DNA from: Prasinococcaceae sp. CCMP 1430
Taxonomy: Eukaryota; Plantae; Prasinodermophyta
NCBI GenBank assembly: GCA_013416795.1
Contig: RQSC01000007.1
Coordinates: forward strand, 41,516 to 105,515
Direction: 5' to 3'
DNA length: 64,000 nt
Shown one piece after another: positions 43,610-52,796 of the stretch. The notes beneath the pieces are model-generated. The model did no database searches. It was not told the origin of the DNA and was given only the letters and a program-made list of their open reading frames with translations. The translations under genes were made by a program, and so were the position numbers. The first letter of the stretch is position 1. Each line of letters opens with the position of its first letter.

Positions 43610-45508
43610 ATGCGGTGCTACTATGAGGTGCTCGGCTGCGAGCCGAGCGCCGACGCGGACGCGTTGAAGCGTGCGTACCGCAGGGCGGCCCTGCGGTGGC
43701 ACCCCGACAAGAACGGCGGTTCCGAGGAGGCGGAGGAGATGTTCAAGGACGTGCAGGCCGCGTGGGAAGTCCTGAGCGACGCGAAGGAGCGCGCGTGGTA
43801 TGACGACCACCGCGAGGCAATCCTGCGCGGGGGAGCGCCTGGCAGCGGCGGTGGCGGCGATGGCGCGCACGGCGGCGGCCCGCCACCTGACGAGCCCAAC
43901 CTGTATCAGTACTTCGGCTCAGGCGCTTACCGTGGGTACGGCGACGACCCTGCCGGGTTCTACGCCACATACGAGCGCGTCTTTGAGACGCTCGCTGCGC
44001 TCGAACGAGAGGCGAGCACTCGAGCGGCGCAGCGCGCCGCAGCAGCAGGGTCGGCGCGCCATGAGCGCGAGCCCACGCACCTCCCGGCCTTCGGCGGCAG
44101 CTCGGCGTCGGCCGAGAGCGTCGGCGCGTTCTACCGCGCGTGGCAGGGCTTCACGTCCGCGCGCACGTTCGCCTGGGCGGACAAATACAATCCCAACGAC
44201 GCACCGAGCCGATTCGTGCGTCGCCGTATGGAGGAAGACAACCGCCGCGAGCGCAAGCGCGCCAAGCGCAGCTACACAGACACTGTGCGCGAGCTCGTCA
44301 ACTTCGTCAAGAAGCGAGACAAGCGCATGGCCGTCGTGGCTGCGGCGGCTGCGAAACGTGAGGCCGAGCGTGAGGCCGCTCGTGCAGCGCATCGCGCCGC
44401 GCAGGACGCCCAGCGCCGCGCGCGTGTCGAGGCTGCGCGTGCTGCTGAGGCTGCGGCGGCTGCCGCTGCGCGCGCTGCGAGGGGGGGGTCCGAGTCAGAC
44501 AGCGGCGACGCCGAACCATCTGACTACGACTACATTGAGGAGGAGGTGTACGAGTGCGTAGTGTGTGACAAGATTTTCAAGAGCTCCAAGCAGCTCCGCA
44601 ACCACGAGCGCTCGCGGAAGCACCGCGAGGCCATGGACGCGCTGCGTAGAGAGATGCTCGCCGAGGAGGAGGAGGAAATGCTCGCAGAAATGGCCGAGCA
44701 TGAAGCCGCTGAGGCCACGGTGATACCTGACACGGGTGATGGCGGCACAGCTTTGGACGGCGCGACGGAAACCGGCAACGCGCGCACCGAAAGCTCCGAG
44801 GCTGCGGAGGAGGAGGAGGAGGAGGAGGAGGAGGAGGAGGAGGAGGAGGAGGAGGAGGAGGAGGAGGAGGAGGAAGCTAGCGATGACGAGGAGGCGATGC
44901 TCGCGCGCATGATGGGCAGCATGCGCGTTCGCACCGCTGCAAGCGATGTGGACGGCGACACTGCAGACTCTGAGTCAGGAGGCGAGGCCGAGGTTGATGA
45001 GGGTAACACTATGTGCGGCGATAACGGCGTGGACGTCCCTGGGGCGGCCGATGGAAACGAGAGCAGGAACGACTCTGATTGCGAGCACAGGAGCAGAGGC
45101 GACGACAGCAACGCGCGCAACGCCGCCAGTGGCGCCGGCGCGGCCGAAGCGCCACCCGCAGATGTGGAAACGAACGCGGCTGGTGGCTCGCGCGCTGCAG
45201 ACCATGACTGCGGCAATGCACGCAAGGAAGGCGATGACAGTGGCGATGTGGGAGCGGGCGCAAAGCCTCCGGTCGTCGCACGGGTCGCTGAACAGGAGGC
45301 GGGCGGGCATGCACGGGCTGCTGAGCGCAAAGCGCGACGGAAACTCAAGAAGGCCCTCAAGGCCGCCGCCGGGGCTGGTGGGAAAGGGTCTGGCAACGGT
45401 ATCGATCCAGGGAACGTGTGCAAGGTGTGCGGTGAGACCTTCCCTTCGAGAACTGCCCTCTTCAGGCATATCCGCTCGAGCGGCCACGCGGCGCTGCGGA
45501 GTGTGTGA
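43610..45508 (+). CDS. DNAJC21: DnaJ protein DNAJC21/Jjj1 (60S maturation co-chaperone)
   Basis: J-domain YYEVLG..LKRAYRRAALRWHPDK. The zuotin-homology region includes FY.AW.GF.SAR.FAWADKY...APSR.VRR.ME.DN.RER. Two C2H2 fingers (CVVCDKIFKSSKQLRNHERSRKH and CKVCGETFPSRTALFRHI..SGH). Confidence 0.9.
   Translation: MRCYYEVLGCEPSADADALKRAYRRAALRWHPDKNGGSEEAEEMFKDVQAAWEVLSDAKERAWYDDHREAILRGGAPGSGGGGDGAHGGGPPPDEPNLYQYFGSGAYRGYGDDPAGFYATYERVFETLAALEREASTRAAQRAAAAGSARHEREPTHLPAFGGSSASAESVGAFYRAWQGFTSARTFAWADKYNPNDAPSRFVRRRMEEDNRRERKRAKRSYTDTVRELVNFVKKRDKRMAVVAAAAAKREAEREAARAAHRAAQDAQRRARVEAARAAEAAAAAAARAARGGSESDSGDAEPSDYDYIEEEVYECVVCDKIFKSSKQLRNHERSRKHREAMDALRREMLAEEEEEMLAEMAEHEAAEATVIPDTGDGGTALDGATETGNARTESSEAAEEEEEEEEEEEEEEEEEEEEEEEASDDEEAMLARMMGSMRVRTAASDVDGDTADSESGGEAEVDEGNTMCGDNGVDVPGAADGNESRNDSDCEHRSRGDDSNARNAASGAGAAEAPPADVETNAAGGSRAADHDCGNARKEGDDSGDVGAGAKPPVVARVAEQEAGGHARAAERKARRKLKKALKAAAGAGGKGSGNGIDPGNVCKVCGETFPSRTALFRHIRSSGHAALRSV
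44807..44875 (+). repeat. (GAG)n coding trinucleotide repeat (poly-Glu, about 23)
   Basis: Perfect GAG run inside DNAJC21. Confidence 0.95.
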
Positions 45509-45582
45509 CGGACGCCTACCACTGTACCACGTAAATAAATCGGGGAAAAAGAATGTGACGCTATCGCTCGGGACGGGGGTGC

Positions 45583-46390
45583 TCACCGGACGACGTACTC
45601 GCGATAGCAGCAGTTGCGCCCGAGCTTTCCTGACCCACAGGTGCAGAGCATCTTGTGCGCGGGCTTGGGCATGGGCGGCACGGGTGGCGCGCCGATGTGC
45701 ATTCCGATGTACTCGGCGCTCGGTGGCTCCTTGTTGCCCGCGTCGCGCCACCTGGCGGCCACTGACATTGCCGCCTTGAAGTACATGTAGTGGCCGAGCT
45801 GAAATTCGACCATGCGCGCGCCCACCCCGCCCTCAGGCACCGACTGGCGCAGCCTCTTGATAAGCGGCTGCGGTAGTGTGCGGTACGCGTCGGCGTCCTC
45901 CGGGAGCGACTCGAGCTGCTTGCGCTCCTCCTGCGGGGGTGGGTCAGCAAGTTAACCAATCGTCGGGGCGCGGTAAGCATCCTCGCGTCAGCAGGAGTGC
46001 GCGCGCGCGCGTAAGATAGAGAGCATCAGGCGGCAACGGCGCAGCCACGTCCGCCCTCCTCACCTTCGAGAGCGATCCGAAGACCTTATCAGCAGCCGCG
46101 TGCGAGAACTCAAGCTGCTGCCTCTGCGAGTCGTCGAGCCTCGCCTCGTGCTGCGAGCGCTGCTGATTCACCATCTGCAAGAATGAGTCCACCGAGAGCT
46201 CGGTCTCGGTCGCACCCTTGCGGCCGAACATCTGCGCAACGCGGTCCCGCACGCCGGCGAGCGTGTCCATGAAGCCGGGACCGCTCGCAGCCGCGGCCGC
46301 AAATTGCCGGCACTGCTGCACCGCCACGCCACGCATCGCGGTGGAGGCGGCGGCCGCCGCCGCTGCGCGTTCAGCTGCAAGCCTCAGCAT
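45583..46390 (-). CDS. Putative mitochondrial protein with SRP54 M-domain-like region and C-terminal SEC-C-like motif; complement(join(45583..45930,46064..46390)), 224 aa
   Basis: Presequence-like N-terminus MLRLAAERAAAA..MRGVAVQQCRQFAA. Phase-0 intron GTGAGG..CCGCAG with CTGAC branch point. CTCGSGKLGRNCC near the C-terminus. Confidence 0.7.
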
Positions 46391-47211
46391 CGCGTGCGCA
46401 CCCGTGTCTGCGCGCCTGCCCCCTTTTCACCCCCTCCCCCTCCTGTCCCGCCCACCCCACCCCACCCCACCCTGTGCGCTGGCCACGACGCAGGATCCGC
46501 TGCGCTGCCCACTTGCGCCGCACCCCCAGCCGCCGCCGCCCCCTGCATGTCTATGTCGACGTACTTGTCAAAAATTGCAGTAGATTTTAACAGGTACTAC
46601 TCCAAGCAAAACCTCGGCGCCCGCGGCGCCGCCGACGCCCACGCCGCGCCGCTCGGCGGAGGCGCCACCAAAGGTCAGTCGTGGTGGGGCTGCTGGCGAG
46701 GAGGAAGGGGCCGAGGGCTGCAGGCATCGGAGCCAGCCCGCGTCGACGCACCCGCCCGCTGCAGCCCCGCCATCTTCATTTTCCCCCACAAAAAAACACG
46801 CGCACCCAAAAACTCGAGTTTCCGTGCGGGGTTCCACGGTTGGCCTGCCGGGGGCGTGGCACGCAGCGCCAATGGGTCGTTCGTTATATCTAAAACAATT
46901 GCGATATGGAATCCATCAGAATGTGGAATCCACTTTACGGCCGACGTCGTGGAATCCATGGCACCGCGACCGGTGTGTGCGAATGATCGCATCCCGCGCC
47001 TTCCTCACGCCCCCGCCCCCAACATACACACACCTCCTCCCTTCCCCCTCTCCGAGGTTGGCTTCTGTCGAGGCCACGGGTGCAGGCGGGCGGAGCCTGC
47101 GCCCCGCCGTCCGTGGGTCAAAAAAATGTGCGGAGCTTACGCGGTCGCGTCGCGTCGCGTCGCGGCGCGGCGGTCGCGAGGGTGCGGGCTCTCGCGCTCG
47201 CACGGCCGCGC

Positions 47212-47786
47212 CTAGTAGCGGTGCGACAGCTTCTCCCCGTTCGAGTACCAGTCCGCGAAGCTGTGGGCGTGGGGGTAGGGGGGTAGCACGGCGGTGAGGG
47301 ACGAGGCGGGAGGGAGGGAGAAGGGCGTGTCAGCGGCGAAGGCGCGCTGCAACGCTGCGCCGGCCAGAGGGTACACCGCGCTGCCCCATTGCGAACCCTA
47401 AAGCGCCGCGTACGCAGCGGTGCCGATGGGGGAGCAGGGCGCGCGGCGGGCTGCCCCTCCCCGGTCGGTCCACGCACCTGAGCGTGCCGAAGAGCGGCAC
47501 CGCGCCGCACGCAACGGGGAACCACGTGCCCTTCACTGTGTGCATGATGGCCGACGCGCTGTCGCGCCACAGGCTGCCCATAACGTTCTGCGGGGGTGTG
47601 CGAGCGGGCGCGAGCGTCAGCAATGCCAGCGAGGCGCCTGGCTGCCGCAGCCTCGGCGCACCGCCGCCCCGGCGCGCGGCGCGACGGCCAAGCTCACACG
47701 CGAGCGCGCCGGGCCGCGCCTCGCACCAGCCTGTTGGGCGAGATGGTGTACACCACCTCGCGCATCTTCATGGCGACCTTGCCCAT
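47212..47786 (-). CDS. QCR8: Cytochrome bc1 complex subunit 8 (UQCRQ), plant/algal type; complement(join(47212..47260,47478..47587,47727..47786)), 72 aa
   Basis: Not in the ORF track; reconstructed by splicing as MGKVAMKMREVVYTISPNRL|NVMGSLWRDSASAIMHTVKGTWFPVACGAVPLFGTLS|FADWYSNGEKLSHRY*. This matches the plant QCR8 pattern (MGK.P.K...VVY.LSP...LWKD...EK..HRY). All splice sites are GT-AG and in phase. Confidence 0.9.
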
Positions 47787-48774
47787 GGCGACTGCTGGGG
47801 CTCGACCTTTGCTTTCGAAGCGCGTCGGCGCAGTCGCGGGGGCCACACCGAGCGGTGCGCGCGCGGGGCGAGCGCGCAGGTTGAAGGGGGGGGGCGAAGG
47901 ATTCGGCGTCAGCGACCTCGTCGCGGCGGGGCACGGGTCGGGGGGTCAGGCGCGCGCGCGCAGCGGGATGGGGAGCGTCGATATGGGGAGGATCCCCGTC
48001 GCATTATGGTATTAGGGTTTTCAATGTAGGGTCTCGTGCGTGTGGGCATCTCCCCCTCGGTGTGCGCTCGTCGAACAGGCGCGCGCCCGTTCGCGCCCCG
48101 CGCCTCCGAGCGCGCGCCGGCCGCGCCCCTTCGCGCCCCCGCACCGGTGACAGCGCCGTGCGCGGAACCATATGGAATCCACGATTATTTTCATTTCTCA
48201 TATGCGAATCCTTTCGTCACTCGTAATGCATTCATACCATTGAATGGATTCGTTTGTGTTTGTGTTGGATGAGCTCTGTGCACACGAGATTGATTGTGTT
48301 GTGATGGTCTTCTGATGGAATCCACAGGCGCCTCCGCGGGCGCGGCGGCGCCGCATTCGCGCTTTCGCGCGCGCGCGCCGCGCGGCGCGGCCGCGCGGGG
48401 GAGAGAAAGTTCCTCCAAAAATCGCGGATTGCTCCCATTTCGATCCATAAAACGTTGTTTCCCGTCCGGAAGGGCGCCGCCGTCGTCGAACGTTTTTTTT
48501 TCTTCGGGAAAAAGTCGCCCTGGGAGTTCCCAGTCGGTCGCCCTGCGATGCGTTTTGAGCTCGGACTTTTTTTTTGCGCGCGGGGCGCGCGGGCGCCCTT
48601 GGATGCGGTTTGATGGACTGTTGAGGAAATTTGGCGCGATTTGTAGCGCCCGCCAGAGCGCGCGCTTTCCCGTGTACCTGGTGGACGCCGCGGGCCTGCG
48701 CGCGGCGCGCATTAGAGGCGGCGGCGGCGGCGGCGCTCGTGCAGCCCGCGGCGGTCGCGACGCCGCCGCCACCG

Positions 48775-50181
48775 ATGCCTCGCGCGCCGCAGGAGCAGCG
48801 CGCGAGTGCCGGCGTCTCGAAGAAGAGCCTCGGCGCTGCGGGCCGCGCCGACAAGGGCACGCGGAAGGAGCAGGTGCAGCGCGCCTACAAGAAGTACCGC
48901 GCGAAGAAACGCGCGGAGCGCTCGCAGATGGAGCAGGACTTGACGACGCTGTCGGAAAAGGTGGAGGAGCTTCAGGCACAGCTCAGAGAGAAGGACGCAC
49001 TCATCGAGAAGATGGCCGCCGCGCAGAAGCAGTGGTCGCAGCCGGCGCAGTCCGCGCCGCAGCTGGCCCCGCAGGTCACCCCTGTCGCGAGCTCGGGCGA
49101 CAGCCTCGGCAACAGCGAGGGCGACAAGCACCGGATCGCCCTGCTGACGCATGCGCACGCGGCCGGAACCAGCGGCGCGGTCGAGCGCTGCGCCGAGGCC
49201 GTCGATACCGTCGATGACCAAGCTGTGGTCATCCACAGCAACTACCTGATGGAGGTGTCGAGCCTGCAGGAAAAGCTCAAGGAGACCCTGGACCACATGA
49301 AGGAGGTCTGCGGCAACCGCGAGGCCTTCGTGCCGCGGCTTGCCATGCACCCTGCCTCTGTCTGCCCCCTGCGAGCCAAGGTGCTGGATCAAGTGAATCG
49401 CTGCGTGTCGCTGCTGCAGAGCTGGGCGCTCGCAGCGCCCGACAGCGCGGATGGCAAGGAGCTCCTGCGCGCGTGCATGGCGCGCGAGAAGGGCAAGACC
49501 GGCACGTGGACTGGCGAGATGGGCCTGGCGCTGATCAGGCAGATGCAGCTTGAAAGCAAACAAGTCGCCGCCATCCTCAGACTTCGCGACGAGCTCTGCA
49601 GCCGCCTGGACGACATCTACGACTCGCGCGCCGACCTCAACGCCAAGATGGTGGAGACGTTCTCCCTGCCGCCGCCGCATCGCATCAGCAGCGCGGGGGG
49701 CAACTCCATGGGCGGCGGCAGCAGCAGCAGCGTGGACAGCGTGCAGGATCACTGCGATGCGCACGCGGCACGCTCGTCCACCGACGCGGCCCGCACGTCG
49801 GCCCTGCTGGACAAGGTCAAGAAGAGCCTGCGCGCCGAGATCCATGAGCGCGTCGAGTTCTCAGTGCGCGCGCTGCGCGTGCTCGAGCCCTCCCAGGCTG
49901 CGACCATCATCGTGCACGCCTTTCCGGAGATGATCGACGTCATGGATTTCGCAAACACCCTGTCGCTGCTCAAGAAGGTCGCCACCGAAGGCGACGTCCA
50001 GATGGATGGCATGCTCGAGCAGGGAGCGCTGGAGGGCGGCGTCGACAAGACGGCGCCGGACTACCTCGAGCAGTGCAAGGACGAGGGCGTCCCAATCAGC
50101 AAACTGCAGTGGGAGTGCAAGCGTTGGCACGCGCTCATTCACTCGCTGCCAGCCACGGGCAACGGCACAGCGACGGCGTAG
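48775..50181 (+). CDS. bZIP-like transcription factor with long helical C-terminal domain
   Basis: Basic region RKEQVQRAYKKYRAKKRAE followed by the zipper M..DL..LSEKVEELQAQL. The start is tentative. Confidence 0.62.
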   Translation: MPRAPQEQRASAGVSKKSLGAAGRADKGTRKEQVQRAYKKYRAKKRAERSQMEQDLTTLSEKVEELQAQLREKDALIEKMAAAQKQWSQPAQSAPQLAPQVTPVASSGDSLGNSEGDKHRIALLTHAHAAGTSGAVERCAEAVDTVDDQAVVIHSNYLMEVSSLQEKLKETLDHMKEVCGNREAFVPRLAMHPASVCPLRAKVLDQVNRCVSLLQSWALAAPDSADGKELLRACMAREKGKTGTWTGEMGLALIRQMQLESKQVAAILRLRDELCSRLDDIYDSRADLNAKMVETFSLPPPHRISSAGGNSMGGGSSSSVDSVQDHCDAHAARSSTDAARTSALLDKVKKSLRAEIHERVEFSVRALRVLEPSQAATIIVHAFPEMIDVMDFANTLSLLKKVATEGDVQMDGMLEQGALEGGVDKTAPDYLEQCKDEGVPISKLQWECKRWHALIHSLPATGNGTATA

Positions 50182-50426
50182 CTTAGCATCACACAGCACG
50201 AGCGCAAGCGCAAGCGCAAGCGCGCTTCCTCTTTGAGACCCCGTATTTATATCAAGTTTGGTGACCCACAGATTTGCGTTCGTGCGTGAGGGCAGCGCAA
50301 TGTGCGCGTCCGTGCGAATGGGGTGGTCAAGCGGTGCCGTGCGTTCTCTCGCGCCCGCGAGCCACGCGCACGCCGCCACGCCCGGCCAATGCCGCGCGGG
50401 CGCCCGCCCGCCGGCGCCACCCGCCC

Positions 50427-51317
50427 TCACGCGCCCTTGGCGCGCGCGGCGGCGGCCTTGCGCCACTTCCGCGCGGCGCTCGCGAGCACGGGGAACGCCC
50501 AGTAAAAGCTCAGCCCGAACATGGCGATTCCCGAGAAGAACCAAGCGCAGTACACGCCCATAGGCACCTTGGCCTCCTCCAGCGCGAACTTCCGGTCGGC
50601 CACGAAGAGGATGGCGAGCAGCGGGATGCCCACCAGCCGCGTGCCGATGAACGTCAACGCCAGCAGCACGCCGTTGGCGGCTTCCAGGCCGAGCTGGCGC
50701 TTCGGCACGCGCTGCAGGAGCTGTTTCGCGCTCACGAAGGGGTTGGACCACTCTGCGACGGCCATGGCCGCGCCGTACCAGCGGCCGCGGCGCATGGCCA
50801 TCGCCGCCACGAGGCCAAACGCCACGACGAGGTGGTGCGCGACGAAGAGGTAGCGACCCTCGCCCTTCTTGAACAACCCGCCTTCCGCGATGAAGTAGAA
50901 AGGAATGGTACCGAGGGCACGCGCGACCATGAGCACGTTGGTCAGCCAGCAGACGCCCATCGCGCCGCAGCCGCACGTGTCGGCGCCCGGCGCGAACGTG
51001 TTTGACGGCGCATCGGCGTCGCCAATCCAGCGCTCGTGCGCCGTCGCGCCGCCGTACACCGTCGACGCTGTCGCGAGCACGGCAACGGGAACCGACGACA
51101 CGAGCGACTCCAGGTCGAGCGCGCCGAGCCACACGTCGTCGCCCTTGCGCCGGCACAAGCCGAGCGCGCGCGTGGCGGGCGCGCACGCGAGCACTGCGAG
51201 CGCGATGGCCGCGCTCGCGCCCAGCGAGTACCAGAGCTCGCGGTCGGCCGCGCACTCCTCCCCGCCGCCGGCCGCCAGCCAGCCGCCCGCCGCCCGCGCG
51301 AGAGCCTCAGCGACCAT
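50427..51317 (-). CDS. TLC (TRAM/LAG1/CLN8) domain membrane protein
   Basis: Multiple TM helices with YLFVAHHL, AEWSNPF and NGVLLALTF.GTRL motifs typical of TLCD/TMEM56 proteins. Confidence 0.8.
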   Translation of the reverse strand: MVAEALARAAGGWLAAGGGEECAADRELWYSLGASAAIALAVLACAPATRALGLCRRKGDDVWLGALDLESLVSSVPVAVLATASTVYGGATAHERWIGDADAPSNTFAPGADTCGCGAMGVCWLTNVLMVARALGTIPFYFIAEGGLFKKGEGRYLFVAHHLVVAFGLVAAMAMRRGRWYGAAMAVAEWSNPFVSAKQLLQRVPKRQLGLEAANGVLLALTFIGTRLVGIPLLAILFVADRKFALEEAKVPMGVYCAWFFSGIAMFGLSFYWAFPVLASAARKWRKAAAARAKGA

Positions 51318-51353
51318 CCCGCCGGAAGGCGCGTCCCACCCGCCCCCCCTTCA

Positions 51354-51629
51354 NNNNNNNNNNNNNNNNNNNNNNNNNNNNNNNNNNNNNNNNNNNNNNN
51401 NNNNNNNNNNNNNNNNNNNNNNNNNNNNNNNNNNNNNNNNNNNNNNNNNNNNNNNNNNNNNNNNNNNNNNNNNNNNNNNNNNNNNNNNNNNNNNNNNNNN
51501 NNNNNNNNNNNNNNNNNNNNNNNNNNNNNNNNNNNNNNNNNNNNNNNNNNNNNNNNNNNNNNNNNNNNNNNNNNNNNNNNNNNNNNNNNNNNNNNNNNNN
51601 NNNNNNNNNNNNNNNNNNNNNNNNNNNNN
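51354..51629. other. Assembly gap (276 N)
   Basis: N run between the divergent TLC and DHHC genes. Confidence 1.
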
Positions 51630-52727
51630 TCCGGGCACTCGGCAGCGGCCGGGGAGGCGGCCGCGCGCGGCGCGGGCCGCGCCGTCGCACGCTACGCGCC
51701 GCTCGGCGTGCAAGCGGTCTACGTCGCGCTCGTCGGCGTCGGCTATCACGTCTTCGCGAGCCACGTGATCGATGAGCTCGAGGGCTCGCTCGCGGTGCAC
51801 CGAGCCGTCGGTCCTGCCGTGGTCGCCGCGTCCGTAGGCACCTTCGCGGCGGTCTGCCTCGCGCGAGCGGGCGAGGTTGACGCGACAAACGTCGAGCTGT
51901 ACCTGGCGGCGTACGACTACGACGGCTGCCTCTTCGTGGCAGGCGAGCGCTGCCCGGCCGCGTGCAATACGCAGCGTGTGCAGCGTCCGGCGCGGAGCAA
52001 GTACGTGCGATCCGCGGGCGCGCTCGTGCCGCGCTTCGACCACGTGTGCCCGTGGATCAACGGGCCGGTGGGGGAGGGCAACTACCGCTGGTTCTTGCTC
52101 TTCCTGGCGACGCACACGGCGCTATGCGCCTACGGATCTGCGGTGATGCTACTGGTGCTCGCAGATGCGGTCGACAGCAGAGGGGTGATGGCGACGACAT
52201 TTACCAGCGCGACCGGGGCGCCCGTCCACCCGAACGCGTCGCTCGCCGCCCGCTGGGCGGTCGCGTTCTACCCGGGCGCGATGTTCCTATTCGTGCTGCT
52301 CGTGTTGGTCACGCTCATGCTGGCATGCTTCACCGGGTATCACCTATACCTTGCCGCCACCAACCAGACCAGCTACGAGACTGCGAAGCGCGCTGTGATG
52401 CTACAGGACGCCGTCGACGTCGCACTTTACGAAGAGCCGGAGCGAGCCGCGCAAGCAGCCGCAGGCGAGAGGGGCAGCAACGGAGGCCCAGCGGCGGCAG
52501 AGGCGGGCGGCGACGGAATCGCAGGATGTTGGCGCCGCCTGCGAGCGCGACGTGTGGCCACGCGGCGCGTGTGCGACCGTGCGCTCGCCCGGGGAGGCGC
52601 CGATGCGGCGCTCGCGTACAACGCGTACGACAGGGGCTTGCTTGCGAACCTCGCCGAGGCATTGGTTCCTGAGCTGACGGTTCACGCGCGAGCGCGCGCG
52701 GCGGTCGCGCGGCACAAAGCGCAGTGA
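51630..52727 (+). CDS. DHHC-type protein S-acyltransferase, SWF1/ZDHHC4-like, with DHVC variant; 5' end in gap
   Basis: Motifs YL.AYDYDG.LF, RPARSK, RFDHVCPWIN..VG..NYRWF, TSYE and the C-terminal N.YDRG..ANL.E, plus TM helices. TGTAA lies after the stop. Confidence 0.85.
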   Translation, partial: SGHSAAAGEAAARGAGRAVARYAPLGVQAVYVALVGVGYHVFASHVIDELEGSLAVHRAVGPAVVAASVGTFAAVCLARAGEVDATNVELYLAAYDYDGCLFVAGERCPAACNTQRVQRPARSKYVRSAGALVPRFDHVCPWINGPVGEGNYRWFLLFLATHTALCAYGSAVMLLVLADAVDSRGVMATTFTSATGAPVHPNASLAARWAVAFYPGAMFLFVLLVLVTLMLACFTGYHLYLAATNQTSYETAKRAVMLQDAVDVALYEEPERAAQAAAGERGSNGGPAAAEAGGDGIAGCWRRLRARRVATRRVCDRALARGGADAALAYNAYDRGLLANLAEALVPELTVHARARAAVARHKAQ

Positions 52728-52796
52728 GATGTTGTGAAATGTGTACTTTATGTTTGTAAGCTTACAGGTCCAGCGCAGGTGGGAATGGTGGAGGCG

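Noticed and set aside
46400-47200. Small ORFs between the SEC-C gene and QCR8 (e.g. 46304..47215, 46568..46837)
   Set aside because: They have no recognisable motif or consistent splice pattern, so the region is treated as intergenic or UTR.
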